Shown in pieces: positions 18,427 through 28,194 of a DNA stretch of 59,647 nt; the first letter of the stretch is position 1; the number at the start of each line of letters is the position of its first letter. The notes beneath the pieces are model-generated. The model worked only from the letters and a program-made list of their open reading frames with translations, was not told where the DNA came from and did no database searches. The position numbers and the translations under genes were made by a program. The stretch is from the NCBI GenBank assembly GCA_045589075.1, contig JAZNFI010000036.1, positions 1-59,647 of the forward strand. The letters run 5' to 3'. This stretch comes from Candidatus Flemingiibacterium sp. GTDB taxonomy: Bacteria; Bacillota; Clostridia; Oscillospirales; CAG-272.

Positions 18427-21210
18427 ATGAAACTTATTGACAAAATTTTCGGAACTTACAGTGATAGACAGGTTAAAAAGCTTTTGCCTATAGTTGACAG
18501 CATTGAGGCTCTTGCGCCCAAATATAAAGAAATGTCCGACGGCGAGCTTCGCTCCATGACAGACAAGCTTAAAGCCCGCCTTTCGGATGGCGAAACTCTT
18601 GACGATATTCTCCCGGATGCCTTTGCAACAGTCAGAGAGGCCGCTGACCGAGTGCTGGGAAAGCGTCCGTTCAGAGTACAGCTTCTCGGTGGTATCATAC
18701 TTCACCAAGGACGCATAGCCGAAATGAAAACCGGTGAGGGTAAGACTCTCGTTGCTACCCTGCCCGCTTATCTTAACGCACTGACCGGAAATGGCGTTCA
18801 CATTGTTACCGTAAACGAATATCTTGCAAAGTGCGGAAGCGAGGAAATGAGCAAGGTTTACGGATTTCTCGGTCTTTCCACAGGTCTTATCGTCCACGTC
18901 CAGACCAAAGAGGCAAAGCGCAACGCTTACAACGCCGATATAACCTACGGCACAAACAACGAACTTGGATTTGACTATCTGCGCGACAACATGGTCACCT
19001 ACAAGGAGCAGCTTGTTCAGCGCGGTCACACCTTTGCCATTGTGGACGAGGTTGACTCTATCCTCATCGATGAGGCAAGAACTCCCCTTATTATATCGGG
19101 TGCAGGTGCGAAATCCACCGACCTTTACGACAGAGCCGACAAGTTTGTACGCACACTCAAAAAATTTGTAATCAAGGAGCTCGACTCAAAAGAGCTGGAC
19201 GACAACATTGACGCCGACTACATCGTTGACGAAAAGGCTAAAAACGTAACTCTGACAGGAAGCGGCATTAAAAAGGCAGAGGCTTATTTTGAGCTTGAAA
19301 ACCTTTCCGACCCCGAAAACTCCACTATTGCACATCACATCAATCAGGCAATAAAGGCTCACGGCTCTATGCAGAAGGATGTCAACTATATCGTCAAGGA
19401 CGGCGAGGTGCTTATTGTTGACGAATTTACAGGTCGTGTAATGCCCGGGCGCCGTTATTCCGACGGTCTGCATCAAGCAATCGAAGCAAAGGAGCGTGTT
19501 GACATCCAGAAGGAGTCAAAGACCCTTGCAACTATAACCTTCCAGAACTTCTTCCGCCTTTACAAGAAGCTCTCCGGCATGACAGGTACGGCTCTCACCG
19601 AGGAAAATGAGTTCCGCGAGATTTACTCACTCGACGTTGTTGAAGTTCCTACCAACAAGCCTATGATCCGCAAAGACCACAGCGACTGCGTTTATAAGAC
19701 TGTGAACGGCAAGTATAACGCCATTGTTGCACAGATAAAGGAATGTCATGAAAAGGGTCAGCCGGTGCTTGTAGGTACGGTTTCCATTGAAAAATCAGAG
19801 GAGCTTTCGAGAAAACTTAAGCTTAACGGCATCCCCCACGTTGTCCTTAATGCAAAGTATCATGAGCGCGAGGCTGAAATAGTTGCCCAGGCAGGTAAGC
19901 TTGGGGCGGTTACTATTTCCACCAATATGGCAGGCCGTGGTACTGATATTATGCTTGGCGGTAACGCAGAATTTCTCGCCAAGAACGATCTTCGTAAGCT
20001 CGGATACGACGAGTCGGTGATCGTGGTTGCCACGGGTATGGCAAACACCGATGACGAAACGGTAATAAAGGCAAGAGAGGACTATCACACAGCTCTCGAA
20101 AAGCACAGAGCAGAAATCGCTCCCGAAGCCGAAAAGGTATGTGCTGCAGGGGGACTTTTTATCATCGGCACAGAACGCCACGAGAGCCGCCGTATCGACA
20201 ATCAGCTTCGCGGACGTTCAGGACGTCAGGGCGACCCCGGTGAATCCCGTTTCTTCCTTTCTCTCGAAGACGACCTTATGCGCCTTTTCGGAAGCGAGCG
20301 CGTAATCGGAATGGTTGACAGGCTTGGGCTTGAGGAAAACCAGCCTATCGACGCCGCAATTCTATCAAATGCAATTGAGAGTGCACAAAAACGTCTTGAA
20401 GATCAGAACTTCCAGCGCCGCAAGACCGTCCTCGAATACGACGACGTTATGAACCAGCAGAGAAATATCATATACGGTCAGCGTCGCTCCGTTCTCGATG
20501 GTGCTGACCTTAAGGAAACCGTCAAGGGTATGATATACGAAACAATCGAGGCAAATGTTGATGCCCACACTGTTTCCGATAATCCGGCGGAGTGGAACAT
20601 TGATGCTATACGAACTTATTTCTTCGGACTTCTTTGTCGTGAGAACGATTTCAGATACAGCGAAGAAGAGCTTGCAAAGCTTGACAAAGAAGAAATAAAG
20701 AGAACCCTTCACGAGCGCGCAGATACACTTTATGCACAAAAAGAAGCTGCATTTGGAGAACAGATGCGAGAGATTGAACGCGCGGTACTTCTCCGCACCG
20801 TTGACCAGAACTGGATGAATCATATTGACGCGATGGATGACCTGCGCGGTTCTGTTGGGCTCCAGGCATACGCCCAGAGAAGCCCTATCAATGAATACCG
20901 TTTCACGGGCGCGGATATGTTCGATGATATGGTAAAAGAAATCCGCGAACAGACTACCCGTATGGTGCTTGCAGTTGCTCCGAAGCGTGAACAGATAATA
21001 AAACGTGTTGAAGTTGCAAAACCCCTCACCGCAGGCTTTTCCGGTGCCCCGGGTGCGCGCCCCGCACAGACGGCTCGACTTATGCAGTCGGGCATCGTAA
21101 GTGCTACCGCAAACACTGCAAAAAAAGTAGGCAGAAACGACCCCTGCCCCTGCGGAAGCGGAAAGAAATATAAAAAATGCTGCGGTGCAGGCGACACCGC
21201 CGCAGAATAA
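18427..21210 (+). CDS. secA: preprotein translocase ATPase SecA
   Basis: 927 aa. Walker [13 protein letters not shown]-like VDEVDS, and the C-terminal zinc motif [14 protein letters not shown]. Confidence 0.98.
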   Translation: MKLIDKIFGTYSDRQVKKLLPIVDSIEALAPKYKEMSDGELRSMTDKLKARLSDGETLDDILPDAFATVREAADRVLGKRPFRVQLLGGIILHQGRIAEMKTGEGKTLVATLPAYLNALTGNGVHIVTVNEYLAKCGSEEMSKVYGFLGLSTGLIVHVQTKEAKRNAYNADITYGTNNELGFDYLRDNMVTYKEQLVQRGHTFAIVDEVDSILIDEARTPLIISGAGAKSTDLYDRADKFVRTLKKFVIKELDSKELDDNIDADYIVDEKAKNVTLTGSGIKKAEAYFELENLSDPENSTIAHHINQAIKAHGSMQKDVNYIVKDGEVLIVDEFTGRVMPGRRYSDGLHQAIEAKERVDIQKESKTLATITFQNFFRLYKKLSGMTGTALTEENEFREIYSLDVVEVPTNKPMIRKDHSDCVYKTVNGKYNAIVAQIKECHEKGQPVLVGTVSIEKSEELSRKLKLNGIPHVVLNAKYHEREAEIVAQAGKLGAVTISTNMAGRGTDIMLGGNAEFLAKNDLRKLGYDESVIVVATGMANTDDETVIKAREDYHTALEKHRAEIAPEAEKVCAAGGLFIIGTERHESRRIDNQLRGRSGRQGDPGESRFFLSLEDDLMRLFGSERVIGMVDRLGLEENQPIDAAILSNAIESAQKRLEDQNFQRRKTVLEYDDVMNQQRNIIYGQRRSVLDGADLKETVKGMIYETIEANVDAHTVSDNPAEWNIDAIRTYFFGLLCRENDFRYSEEELAKLDKEEIKRTLHERADTLYAQKEAAFGEQMREIERAVLLRTVDQNWMNHIDAMDDLRGSVGLQAYAQRSPINEYRFTGADMFDDMVKEIREQTTRMVLAVAPKREQIIKRVEVAKPLTAGFSGAPGARPAQTARLMQSGIVSATANTAKKVGRNDPCPCGSGKKYKKCCGAGDTAAE

Positions 21211-21223
21211 ACGGTAATTTAAA

Positions 21224-21880
21224 ATGGGATTCGGATACCTTTTTATCGGATACTTTTTCCTGATTTTCTTCCCACTTAACAGCGTCGGGGTTCTCCCGAA
21301 CCTCGCCGCCGTTGGGTGCGCAATAATGTTTATGGGCGCAAGGAAGCTTTACGGCTACGCCGAGGACTGCAAAGGGTTCAAGCTTGCTTCTTATACCTTG
21401 ATTCCCTACTTTGCTTTGTCCACAGCGGCACTTATAATAAATATCGTCGAATATTTTGGCATATCGAAAGAAACAGCGTCATATTTTCTTAACCCCATAA
21501 ATCTTGTATGTGATCTTCTGTTCGGTCTCCTGGCGGTATTTCTTTTGGCGGGAGTTTATAAGCTTGCCCGTCAGGTCGAACTGCCAAAGCTTGCAGCGCG
21601 CTGTGCTGTATTCATGAGTATATCGGTGCTGTTCACTCTATGTGCTTTAATTTCAAATTCGGCAGCAATTCTTAACATGACAGCCGGCAAAACATTCACC
21701 GCTATAGTGAATTACATAGGTCTTGCGGCATTTTTTCTTGAATATCTTGCTATCTTTCTTAATCTTTTTCATATATTCTCATGCTATGCAAATATTTGTC
21801 TTGAGGGAGATGAGGATATGCCCTACCGCGAAGATATTTTCGACAAAATAACAGATTTCACAAAGAAAAACAAGAAGTAA
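21224..21880 (+). CDS. hypothetical polytopic membrane protein (one copy of a repeated module)
   Basis: 218 aa with about 6 predicted TM stretches and an acidic C-terminal tail. It lies 13 nt after the secA stop. The N-terminal GFGYLFIGYFF..FFPLNSVGVLPNLAAVGCAIMFMGARKL module is shared with the next gene. Confidence 0.75.
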   Translation: MGFGYLFIGYFFLIFFPLNSVGVLPNLAAVGCAIMFMGARKLYGYAEDCKGFKLASYTLIPYFALSTAALIINIVEYFGISKETASYFLNPINLVCDLLFGLLAVFLLAGVYKLARQVELPKLAARCAVFMSISVLFTLCALISNSAAILNMTAGKTFTAIVNYIGLAAFFLEYLAIFLNLFHIFSCYANICLEGDEDMPYREDIFDKITDFTKKNKK

Positions 21881-21894
21881 AAAGGAACATACAT

Positions 21895-23355
21895 ATGTTA
21901 AACACAAAAGAAAAAAACGATATTCAGCAGAAAAAGCGTCTCGGATTCGGCTATTTTATTGCAGCCGCCGTTTTTATCGCAAATCCATGCCTCAATATCG
22001 TTGATATTCTCCCCGACTTTTTCGGGTATGCATTTTTATTGAAAGGGCTTACTAAATGGGCTGACCTTTGTCCTAATGTGAGAGATGCGCTTCCTGGGCT
22101 TTCAAAGCTGCGGTGGGTAATGCTTCTAAAGCTGTTTGCGGCATTCCTCGTGCCTCTTGTGGACAATACTTATGTGCTGCTGTTCACCTTCAGCTTCGCG
22201 GTTTTAGAGCTGATATTCGCGCTCCCTGTCGCTTTTCGTATATTTGACGGTACCGAATACTTCGGAACGCGATTTGACGGAAAGAACGTGTTTAGAGGCT
22301 TAAAAGCCGCACGCTCACTTACCGCCGTATTTTTCATAGTAAAATCACTTTTCTGTCTTTTCCCGGAGCTTTGCGAGCTATCAAGCTTTGAATATTCCGG
22401 AGTTATTACAAGCGGTGTTCAAGTAAACCCGCTGACATACAAGAATCCGCTTATAATACTGAATGTTTTTGTATGCTCTGTCATTGGAGTTGTTTGGCTA
22501 ATTACGCTTATCCGTTACATAATAACTGTTTTCGGTGACAACGAATTTCTCTCTCGAATACTAAAGGATTATGACCTAGAAGTCGGCAACGATGTGGGCC
22601 TTGCAGTAAGGCGCGCGCTTCGTTCGGCTGTAGCCATGCTTATTGCAGGCTTCGCCTTCTTCCCAAGTTTGTGGATAGACGGCATCAATGTTATTCCTAC
22701 TTTTGTGGGCGCGGCATTTTTGACAGCTGCTGTATCAAAGCTTTCAAAAATATGTGCCGGTTCAAAATCGGCTAAAGCTTCCGCTGTGGCACTGATAATA
22801 GTAGCGTCTCTGTCTTTTGTTTCTATGCTTACTTTAGAAGCGGTCACCGAATATGAAGTAACCTCTCCCGAATTCATAACCGACGATATTATAACGGTTA
22901 TCAGTACCTCTGATGACGATACGGCGGACGATATAATCCTCACGCGAAGCGTTGTCACTAAACGGCTTGCAGACAAGTCCGGTTCGGTAGCAACCTTTGC
23001 CATATATCTTTTACTGTGCCTTGCCGAGCATATTCTTATGGCTGTGTGCACATATAAGATATTCCGCGAGATGCGTCGAATTATTGCCTGCCACCTTGCC
23101 CCGGATCCCGACATCACCGACCGCCGTCTAACAGACATCTATTCAGAAGATGCTAAGGCAGCTGATCGCTCACTTGTCATAGGTGAGATATTCTTCTACG
23201 TCGCCGCGGTAATCAGTACCTTATACGCTGTGCTACGTACGGCAATTGCCCCATCATTTTATCTTATACCGCTTATTTTTCTTGGAATTTGGATTGTATA
23301 TATGGCAAATACTCTTAATTCTATCTACAAGCAAATCGAGTATAAGTATATGTAA
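21895..23355 (+). CDS. hypothetical polytopic membrane protein (two copies of the same module)
   Basis: 486 aa. GFGYFIAAAVFIANPCLNIVDILPDFFGYAFLLKGLTKW appears at the N-terminus and AGFAFFPSLWIDGINVIPTFVGAAFLTAAVSKL near residue 260. RBS is aaagga. Confidence 0.8.
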   Translation: MLNTKEKNDIQQKKRLGFGYFIAAAVFIANPCLNIVDILPDFFGYAFLLKGLTKWADLCPNVRDALPGLSKLRWVMLLKLFAAFLVPLVDNTYVLLFTFSFAVLELIFALPVAFRIFDGTEYFGTRFDGKNVFRGLKAARSLTAVFFIVKSLFCLFPELCELSSFEYSGVITSGVQVNPLTYKNPLIILNVFVCSVIGVVWLITLIRYIITVFGDNEFLSRILKDYDLEVGNDVGLAVRRALRSAVAMLIAGFAFFPSLWIDGINVIPTFVGAAFLTAAVSKLSKICAGSKSAKASAVALIIVASLSFVSMLTLEAVTEYEVTSPEFITDDIITVISTSDDDTADDIILTRSVVTKRLADKSGSVATFAIYLLLCLAEHILMAVCTYKIFREMRRIIACHLAPDPDITDRRLTDIYSEDAKAADRSLVIGEIFFYVAAVISTLYAVLRTAIAPSFYLIPLIFLGIWIVYMANTLNSIYKQIEYKYM

Positions 23356-23433
23356 ACAGAAAGAACACCGCAACATGTTTTTTGCTGACTTGTTTTTTTA
23401 TTCATCACCTATAATTTGGGACAGCTAACGCAG

Positions 23434-23461
23434 CAGGGCGTGATTATTAAATCACGCCCTG
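23434..23461. terminator. hairpin between convergent genes (terminator-like, weak U-tract)
   Basis: cagggcgtgat-tattaa-atcacgccctg, an 11-bp perfect stem. Confidence 0.45.
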
Positions 23462-23499
23462 TTAAAATATATAGCGGCTGACGCCTTGCCACAAAAGCA

Positions 23500-23994
23500 C
23501 TATAATTCAATATTTTTGTCAAATCCGTGAATAAACCCATCATGATCAGCTGAGCATACATCCCCACCTATTACTTTTTTCTTGTATACCAGCATGGAAA
23601 CAAGTACCTCACCATCCCAATCTTCGTAATTGGTAACACGGTATGTATAACGCATGACATCCTTCTTTTGATACTTTGATAGATCAAACCCCTGTTTTTT
23701 CTGAAGCTCATTGTACGTCTCATACACCTTGTCAAACTCTGCAGGGATAGTAACCTCCACCTCCTCAACCGGTACAGAATCCACTTCAATACCAAACTGC
23801 TTTAAGAAGGCAATCCTGTCCTCGGCAGTTTTTATTTTATCAAATCTCACAGCTTCATTAACCTCTATTACTCCGTCCGACACCGCAGGCTCTGCTGATG
23901 GAATAAAAACAAGCAAAGTTACAAGTGCCGCCACCGCAAGTGTGGTCACTCCGAAAAATTTTACCGTGCTCGCCCTCAAGGAATATATAAACAT
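23500..23994 (-). CDS. DUF4830-like membrane-anchored protein
   Basis: 164 aa with an N-terminal TM segment, then ...FLKQFGIEVD...IPAEFDKVYETYNELQKKQGFDLSKY...IGGDVCS...GFIHGF, typical of DUF4830. Confidence 0.75.
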   Translation of the reverse strand: MFIYSLRASTVKFFGVTTLAVAALVTLLVFIPSAEPAVSDGVIEVNEAVRFDKIKTAEDRIAFLKQFGIEVDSVPVEEVEVTIPAEFDKVYETYNELQKKQGFDLSKYQKKDVMRYTYRVTNYEDWDGEVLVSMLVYKKKVIGGDVCSADHDGFIHGFDKNIEL

Positions 23995-24061
23995 GAATTT
24001 TTCCTCCTAATTTTTAGCTTTTGGTAAATTATACTGTGAGGAGGCTTCGAATATTACAAAA

Positions 24062-24105
24062 ATCCGCGAAAAGCTGAAAATCAAGCTTCCCGCGGATCGT
24101 TTTTT
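24062..24105. terminator. bidirectional intrinsic terminator after the DUF4430 gene
   Basis: atccgcg..aagct-N7-agctt..cgcggat with T-runs on both strands. Confidence 0.6.
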
Positions 24106-24116
24106 AATATTAAATC

Positions 24117-24551
24117 TTACTGTGCAATCTCATCAGGCACGTACGCAACATAGATGTACTCAATAACATCACCGTCAGCTACAGACGCATCAGCCGCTCT
24201 GCCTGCGCCAGGTTCAACACCGTTTACAGTGTAAATCCAGTAATAGTTTGTACCCGTTTCTGTATCGACGTAATCCGGATACTGATCAATATCAACTACA
24301 GACTTCTCATCATCAGTGAGCGTGTAATCAATTGAGTTCACCATACAGCCTTCAATGAAAGCTTCAAGAACAGTGGGATCAGTGCTCTTGAGGGGCACAT
24401 TAACTTCGAGAATGGTAGGAAAATCGGGATCCACATTGGGCGAAATTTTAAGTGTAACATTGATCGTGGGAGCTGTTGCTGTACACGATGCAAAAGTAAG
24501 CACAGTCATCAAAGCAGCAAGTGCTGCGCAAAAAACACGTCTCATTTTCAT
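24117..24551 (-). CDS. lipoprotein with DUF4430 (transcobalamin-like) domain
   Basis: 144 aa. Lipobox LTFASC. C-terminal YYWIYTVNGVEPGAGRAADASVADGDVIEYIY pattern. Confidence 0.75.
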   Translation of the reverse strand: MKMRRVFCAALAALMTVLTFASCTATAPTINVTLKISPNVDPDFPTILEVNVPLKSTDPTVLEAFIEGCMVNSIDYTLTDDEKSVVDIDQYPDYVDTETGTNYYWIYTVNGVEPGAGRAADASVADGDVIEYIYVAYVPDEIAQ

Positions 24552-24612
24552 TTTTAAAATCCTCCTAAGAATTTAATAAACAAGGCAAAAGGACTCAATT
24601 GCCTATGTGTAT

Positions 24613-24641
24613 ATTATACTACTGTGCTCTGTGTTTGTCAA
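24613..24641 (-). promoter_or_regulatory. consensus sigma-70 promoter for the DUF4430 gene
   Basis: Minus strand reads TTGACA, a 17-nt spacer, then TATAAT, about 60 nt upstream of the ATG at 24551. Confidence 0.65.
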
Positions 24642-24666
24642 TAGCAAATCCATTTTTTGTATTTAA

Positions 24667-25197
24667 TCAGTTGAGTATTACAATAGCCAGATTAAGATAT
24701 GCGGCGAAGAAAAGCCATACAAGGTACAGTATCATAGCAGCTGCCGCCAGCTTAAATATACGGGAGAAAAACAGTATTACGAAAAACGTTAGAATTATCA
24801 TCATAATGATGGCTACAAAAGCCGCGAAATAGGCACCCGCGCCAAAAAACAGCGGTGACCATACGAAATTGAACACTATCATTATTACAAAAAACAAAAG
24901 TCCCTTATATTTGTCGCAGGCAAGTGAACATTCCTTAACTCCGGCAACGGCTCCTGCCGCTCCGCCTATCAGAAGATACAGTATGGTCCAGACTATGGGG
25001 AATAGGATTGCAGGCGGTGCAAAGCTTGGTAATTCAAGTTCACGATATTCCGATGTGCTTCCGCCTGCCAGTGCCGACAAGAAGCCGCAGATAAGCACAA
25101 TCACTGCGCCGGCAATTACAAAGCGCTTATCCATTCGGCAAAGCTCCGATTTTATCTCCGAGTGCAGTTTATTTTTTGCCCTCTTAATCCTTGACAT
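24667..25197 (-). CDS. tspO: TspO/MBR family tryptophan-rich sensory protein
   Basis: 176 aa with 5 TM segments and FPIVWTILYLLIGGA / FNFVWSPLFF motifs. RBS GAGGTGA lies 5 nt upstream. Confidence 0.85.
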   Translation of the reverse strand: MSRIKRAKNKLHSEIKSELCRMDKRFVIAGAVIVLICGFLSALAGGSTSEYRELELPSFAPPAILFPIVWTILYLLIGGAAGAVAGVKECSLACDKYKGLLFFVIMIVFNFVWSPLFFGAGAYFAAFVAIIMMIILTFFVILFFSRIFKLAAAAMILYLVWLFFAAYLNLAIVILN

Positions 25198-25271
25198 AAA
25201 AAATCACCTCACACAAGTGTATGAGGTGATCTCTTATAAAATTACTGATTCTGTATTTGGGTTCTATTCGG

Positions 25272-27938
25272 TTATTCGTCTGTATCTTCCGTGGATGAAG
25301 CATCTTCTTCGTCAATTCCGCTCGTGTCAGCCGGTTCGACCTCGTTGCCGTTCTCATCGGTTTCTGACGCGGAATTGTCATCGGTTTCCTCCGGTTCAGG
25401 TTCCGGGTCAGGCATCATAGCGTGCTCAAAGCAATAGCTGTTATATAATCGACCGCTTGAGGTGGTGGAATACCCCGGCGTGGTTCCATCGGTATAAAGT
25501 CCCATGTAGAAGGGGACATCACCCGTAGTAGGCATAACTGTGTCCTCATGCACCGCGCGATAGGTGTATTCGGCATCCGTAACCGCAATTGTCATAGGGA
25601 AAGAACGCTCAACCTTTATAAGCCCCACATCCACCACATTTTCGGTAGGACACTTTTCAGACGCTATTCCCCCCGTCACCTTATCGTAAGGTACCATTAC
25701 GTGACGGTCACAGTATTCTGAGGGCACTGTGGTTGGGGTAAAATATCCCGTTTCCGCACGATTTCCTCTTGGGTCTGCATAGCAAGCGGCAGTCATAAGC
25801 TTGCCTGAATCTTTGCAGTAGGTAGCCTGAATTATTCCACTTGAGGTATCAAATGTCTTAAGCGGCGTAGTGCCGTTTATATATTTTGTATGAAGCTCAG
25901 TCATTATCATGTCCCACGCCTTTGTTGCAGGACTCCACGCAAGAGTTCCAAGCTCCTGTGGTATCTCATAACCAAACCAAACGCCGCCCACATAATAGGG
26001 CGTATATCCGATGAACCATCGGTCGATGTCGCTTGATGTTGTTCCGGTCTTTCCTGCACAATTGACAGTGTTATCAAGAGTTATGGCGGTCGCCGTTCCT
26101 CTTGAAACAACGTTCTGAAGCATCTTTGTCATAATTGATGCAGTCTGTTCGCTTATTACCACATAGCTCTCCGCCTTGTTTTCAAGGATGACCTCTCCGT
26201 CGGCGTCAAGCACCTTAAGCCATGTGCGAGGCTTATTATACACGCCTCCATTTGCAAATATCTGATAGGCGGCAGTTATTTCGAGGTTAGTAACACCGTA
26301 GTTCATACCTCCCAGAGCCAAGGCGGATAAATCCTTATCCGTAATACCTATCCCTGACGTAAGAGTGGCATATTCGATAAAGCTATTCATTTGTAGCTTG
26401 TTTTTAACAAAGTCAAAGGATCGCTCTGTTGTAAGATCCTGAAGCACACGAACTGCAACGGTATTTACCGAACGGGTTACTGCATCATTTACCGTAGTCA
26501 TACCTTTATAAACATACGGTAAGTTTTTCGGCCACGCAGATGGGTTCAGCTTCTCCTCGTCGTCATCGTCGTAATTGAACATAACAGGAACATCATCATA
26601 GGTGGAGCCATAGGTAATTATTCCATATTCAAGTGCGGGAGCGTATACTGACAATGGTTTAATGGAGGATCCCGGTGAACGCGTGGATGTGGTTGCCATA
26701 TTGAGAAGGAGGTTTCCTTCCTTTGTGCCTCTTGCGCCCACAAGTCCAAGCACATCTCCCGTGGCAGGATCTATTATGACCGCCGAGGATTGGGGTTGTA
26801 TAGCGTTATTCGTCTTGGGGAAACTTGACTCATTGGCATAGATTGCCTCAAGAGTTGATTGAACCTGTGGATCTTGGAGGGTAATTATCTGAAGTCCGCC
26901 CGTGTATATAAGGTTGTAGGCAACTTCAAGACTGTATCCCTTTTCTTCGCACAAAGCATTGGCAACCTCCACCATTACCTGATCGGTGTACCACGAATTT
27001 GAGGACAGCGCAGGATCAGATGCTCTTCCCTGGTAGTCAAGGGTAATCTCCTTCATATAGGCGCTGTTGAATTCTTCCTCGGTAATATACCCCTCCTCCA
27101 GCATTTCCTCAAGGATAACGTCGCGGCGATACGCATTGTCGTCAGGATTCTGCACGGGGTCATACTTTGTTGGGGAGTTGGTGATAGAAGCAATGGACAC
27201 ACATTCAATAAGGGAAAGCTCACTTACGTCCTTATTGAAGTAGGTATATGCCGCCGCCTGCACTCCGTAACAGTTCTGCGAAAGGTAAATATTATTAAGA
27301 TAAAGCTCCATTATCTCCGTCTTGTCAAGCTTCTTTTCAAGATTTATAGCACGGAGGATTTCCTGTATCTTACGCTGAGGGGTATAATCCTTGTCATCGG
27401 TAAGGTTTTTAATGGTCTGCTGGGTTATGGTAGAACCGCCGCCCTGCTTCTCATTAAAAGGAATGATGTAGTTAATCACAGCACCCGCGGTGCGTATCCA
27501 GTCAATACCGTTATGACTCCAGAAACCCTGATCCTCTATGGCAACGAATGCATTAACAAGATTTTCAGGTATCTGGGTATAAGGAACCCAAACGCTGTTT
27601 TCAGAGCCGAAAAGCTGCTCGTTCTTTATCTCCACCATTTCACCGATGCGGTTTTCACGGTCCGTGTAGTCCATATAGTATATCTTGGTGGTCTGACTTG
27701 AGTTAACACGGAATATGGAGGGGTCAATTTCAGGGTCAATATAGTTTTTAACGTACACAGCAAATACGGTACAAACAATAATAGCTGTAATAAAGCATAT
27801 GAGCATTACCGTCAGCAAGGCATTCAGAATGTAGGAAAATGCCTTCCCGGCAACCATCCCCGCCAGCTTACCCGATTTTGCCGCTTCTCTAGACCAGTTT
27901 ATATGTTCTTTATTCCTTTTGTTATTATTTCTGTTCAA
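25272..27938 (-). CDS. class A penicillin-binding protein (PBP1A family: GT51 transglycosylase plus transpeptidase)
   Basis: 888 aa with EDQGFWSHNGID (GT51), SPGSSIKP (SxxK), KTGTT and an acidic C-terminal tail. TTG start per the ORF track. Confidence 0.95.
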   Translation of the reverse strand: MNRNNNKRNKEHINWSREAAKSGKLAGMVAGKAFSYILNALLTVMLICFITAIIVCTVFAVYVKNYIDPEIDPSIFRVNSSQTTKIYYMDYTDRENRIGEMVEIKNEQLFGSENSVWVPYTQIPENLVNAFVAIEDQGFWSHNGIDWIRTAGAVINYIIPFNEKQGGGSTITQQTIKNLTDDKDYTPQRKIQEILRAINLEKKLDKTEIMELYLNNIYLSQNCYGVQAAAYTYFNKDVSELSLIECVSIASITNSPTKYDPVQNPDDNAYRRDVILEEMLEEGYITEEEFNSAYMKEITLDYQGRASDPALSSNSWYTDQVMVEVANALCEEKGYSLEVAYNLIYTGGLQIITLQDPQVQSTLEAIYANESSFPKTNNAIQPQSSAVIIDPATGDVLGLVGARGTKEGNLLLNMATTSTRSPGSSIKPLSVYAPALEYGIITYGSTYDDVPVMFNYDDDDEEKLNPSAWPKNLPYVYKGMTTVNDAVTRSVNTVAVRVLQDLTTERSFDFVKNKLQMNSFIEYATLTSGIGITDKDLSALALGGMNYGVTNLEITAAYQIFANGGVYNKPRTWLKVLDADGEVILENKAESYVVISEQTASIMTKMLQNVVSRGTATAITLDNTVNCAGKTGTTSSDIDRWFIGYTPYYVGGVWFGYEIPQELGTLAWSPATKAWDMIMTELHTKYINGTTPLKTFDTSSGIIQATYCKDSGKLMTAACYADPRGNRAETGYFTPTTVPSEYCDRHVMVPYDKVTGGIASEKCPTENVVDVGLIKVERSFPMTIAVTDAEYTYRAVHEDTVMPTTGDVPFYMGLYTDGTTPGYSTTSSGRLYNSYCFEHAMMPDPEPEPEETDDNSASETDENGNEVEPADTSGIDEEDASSTEDTDE

Positions 27939-28061
27939 TTTTCTATTACCCTTCCGTAATTGAATATATTACTGCCGGTAAGACTTTTTGTGTCTGTTTG
28001 TTATCTTATATTGCACAAAACCGCAAACAAATCTACATTAATTCCTAAATAATGAGACACA

Positions 28062-28194
28062 ACCGCTGAAGTACTGCGTTTTCATCTGGGGAAAATGCAA
28101 TAAATCTCTCCTACTACAAACTCCATCAGCATAAGTCTGACCCTGTTCAGCTTTATGTATTCAGGGATGGTTTGTCATAGAATATTGTCACGAA
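28062..28194 (-). pseudogene. decayed remnant of the dnaE C-terminal ~45 codons
   Basis: Minus strand reads FVTIFYDKPSLNT*..KLNRVRLMLMEFVVGEIYCIFPR*. The intact dnaE end reads VEVIFYDKSSSEYKKLNGVGLVLTDFVVAELRGILGDENVVLR*. The remnant carries three stops and at least one 1-nt indel. Confidence 0.85.

Noticed and set aside
25272-25420. Highly acidic low-complexity C-terminus of PBP1A (PDPEPEPEETDDNSASETDENGNEVEPADTSGIDEEDASSTEDTDE)
   Set aside because: Disordered C-terminal tails are common on class A PBPs. There is no repeat structure at the DNA level and no separate ORF.
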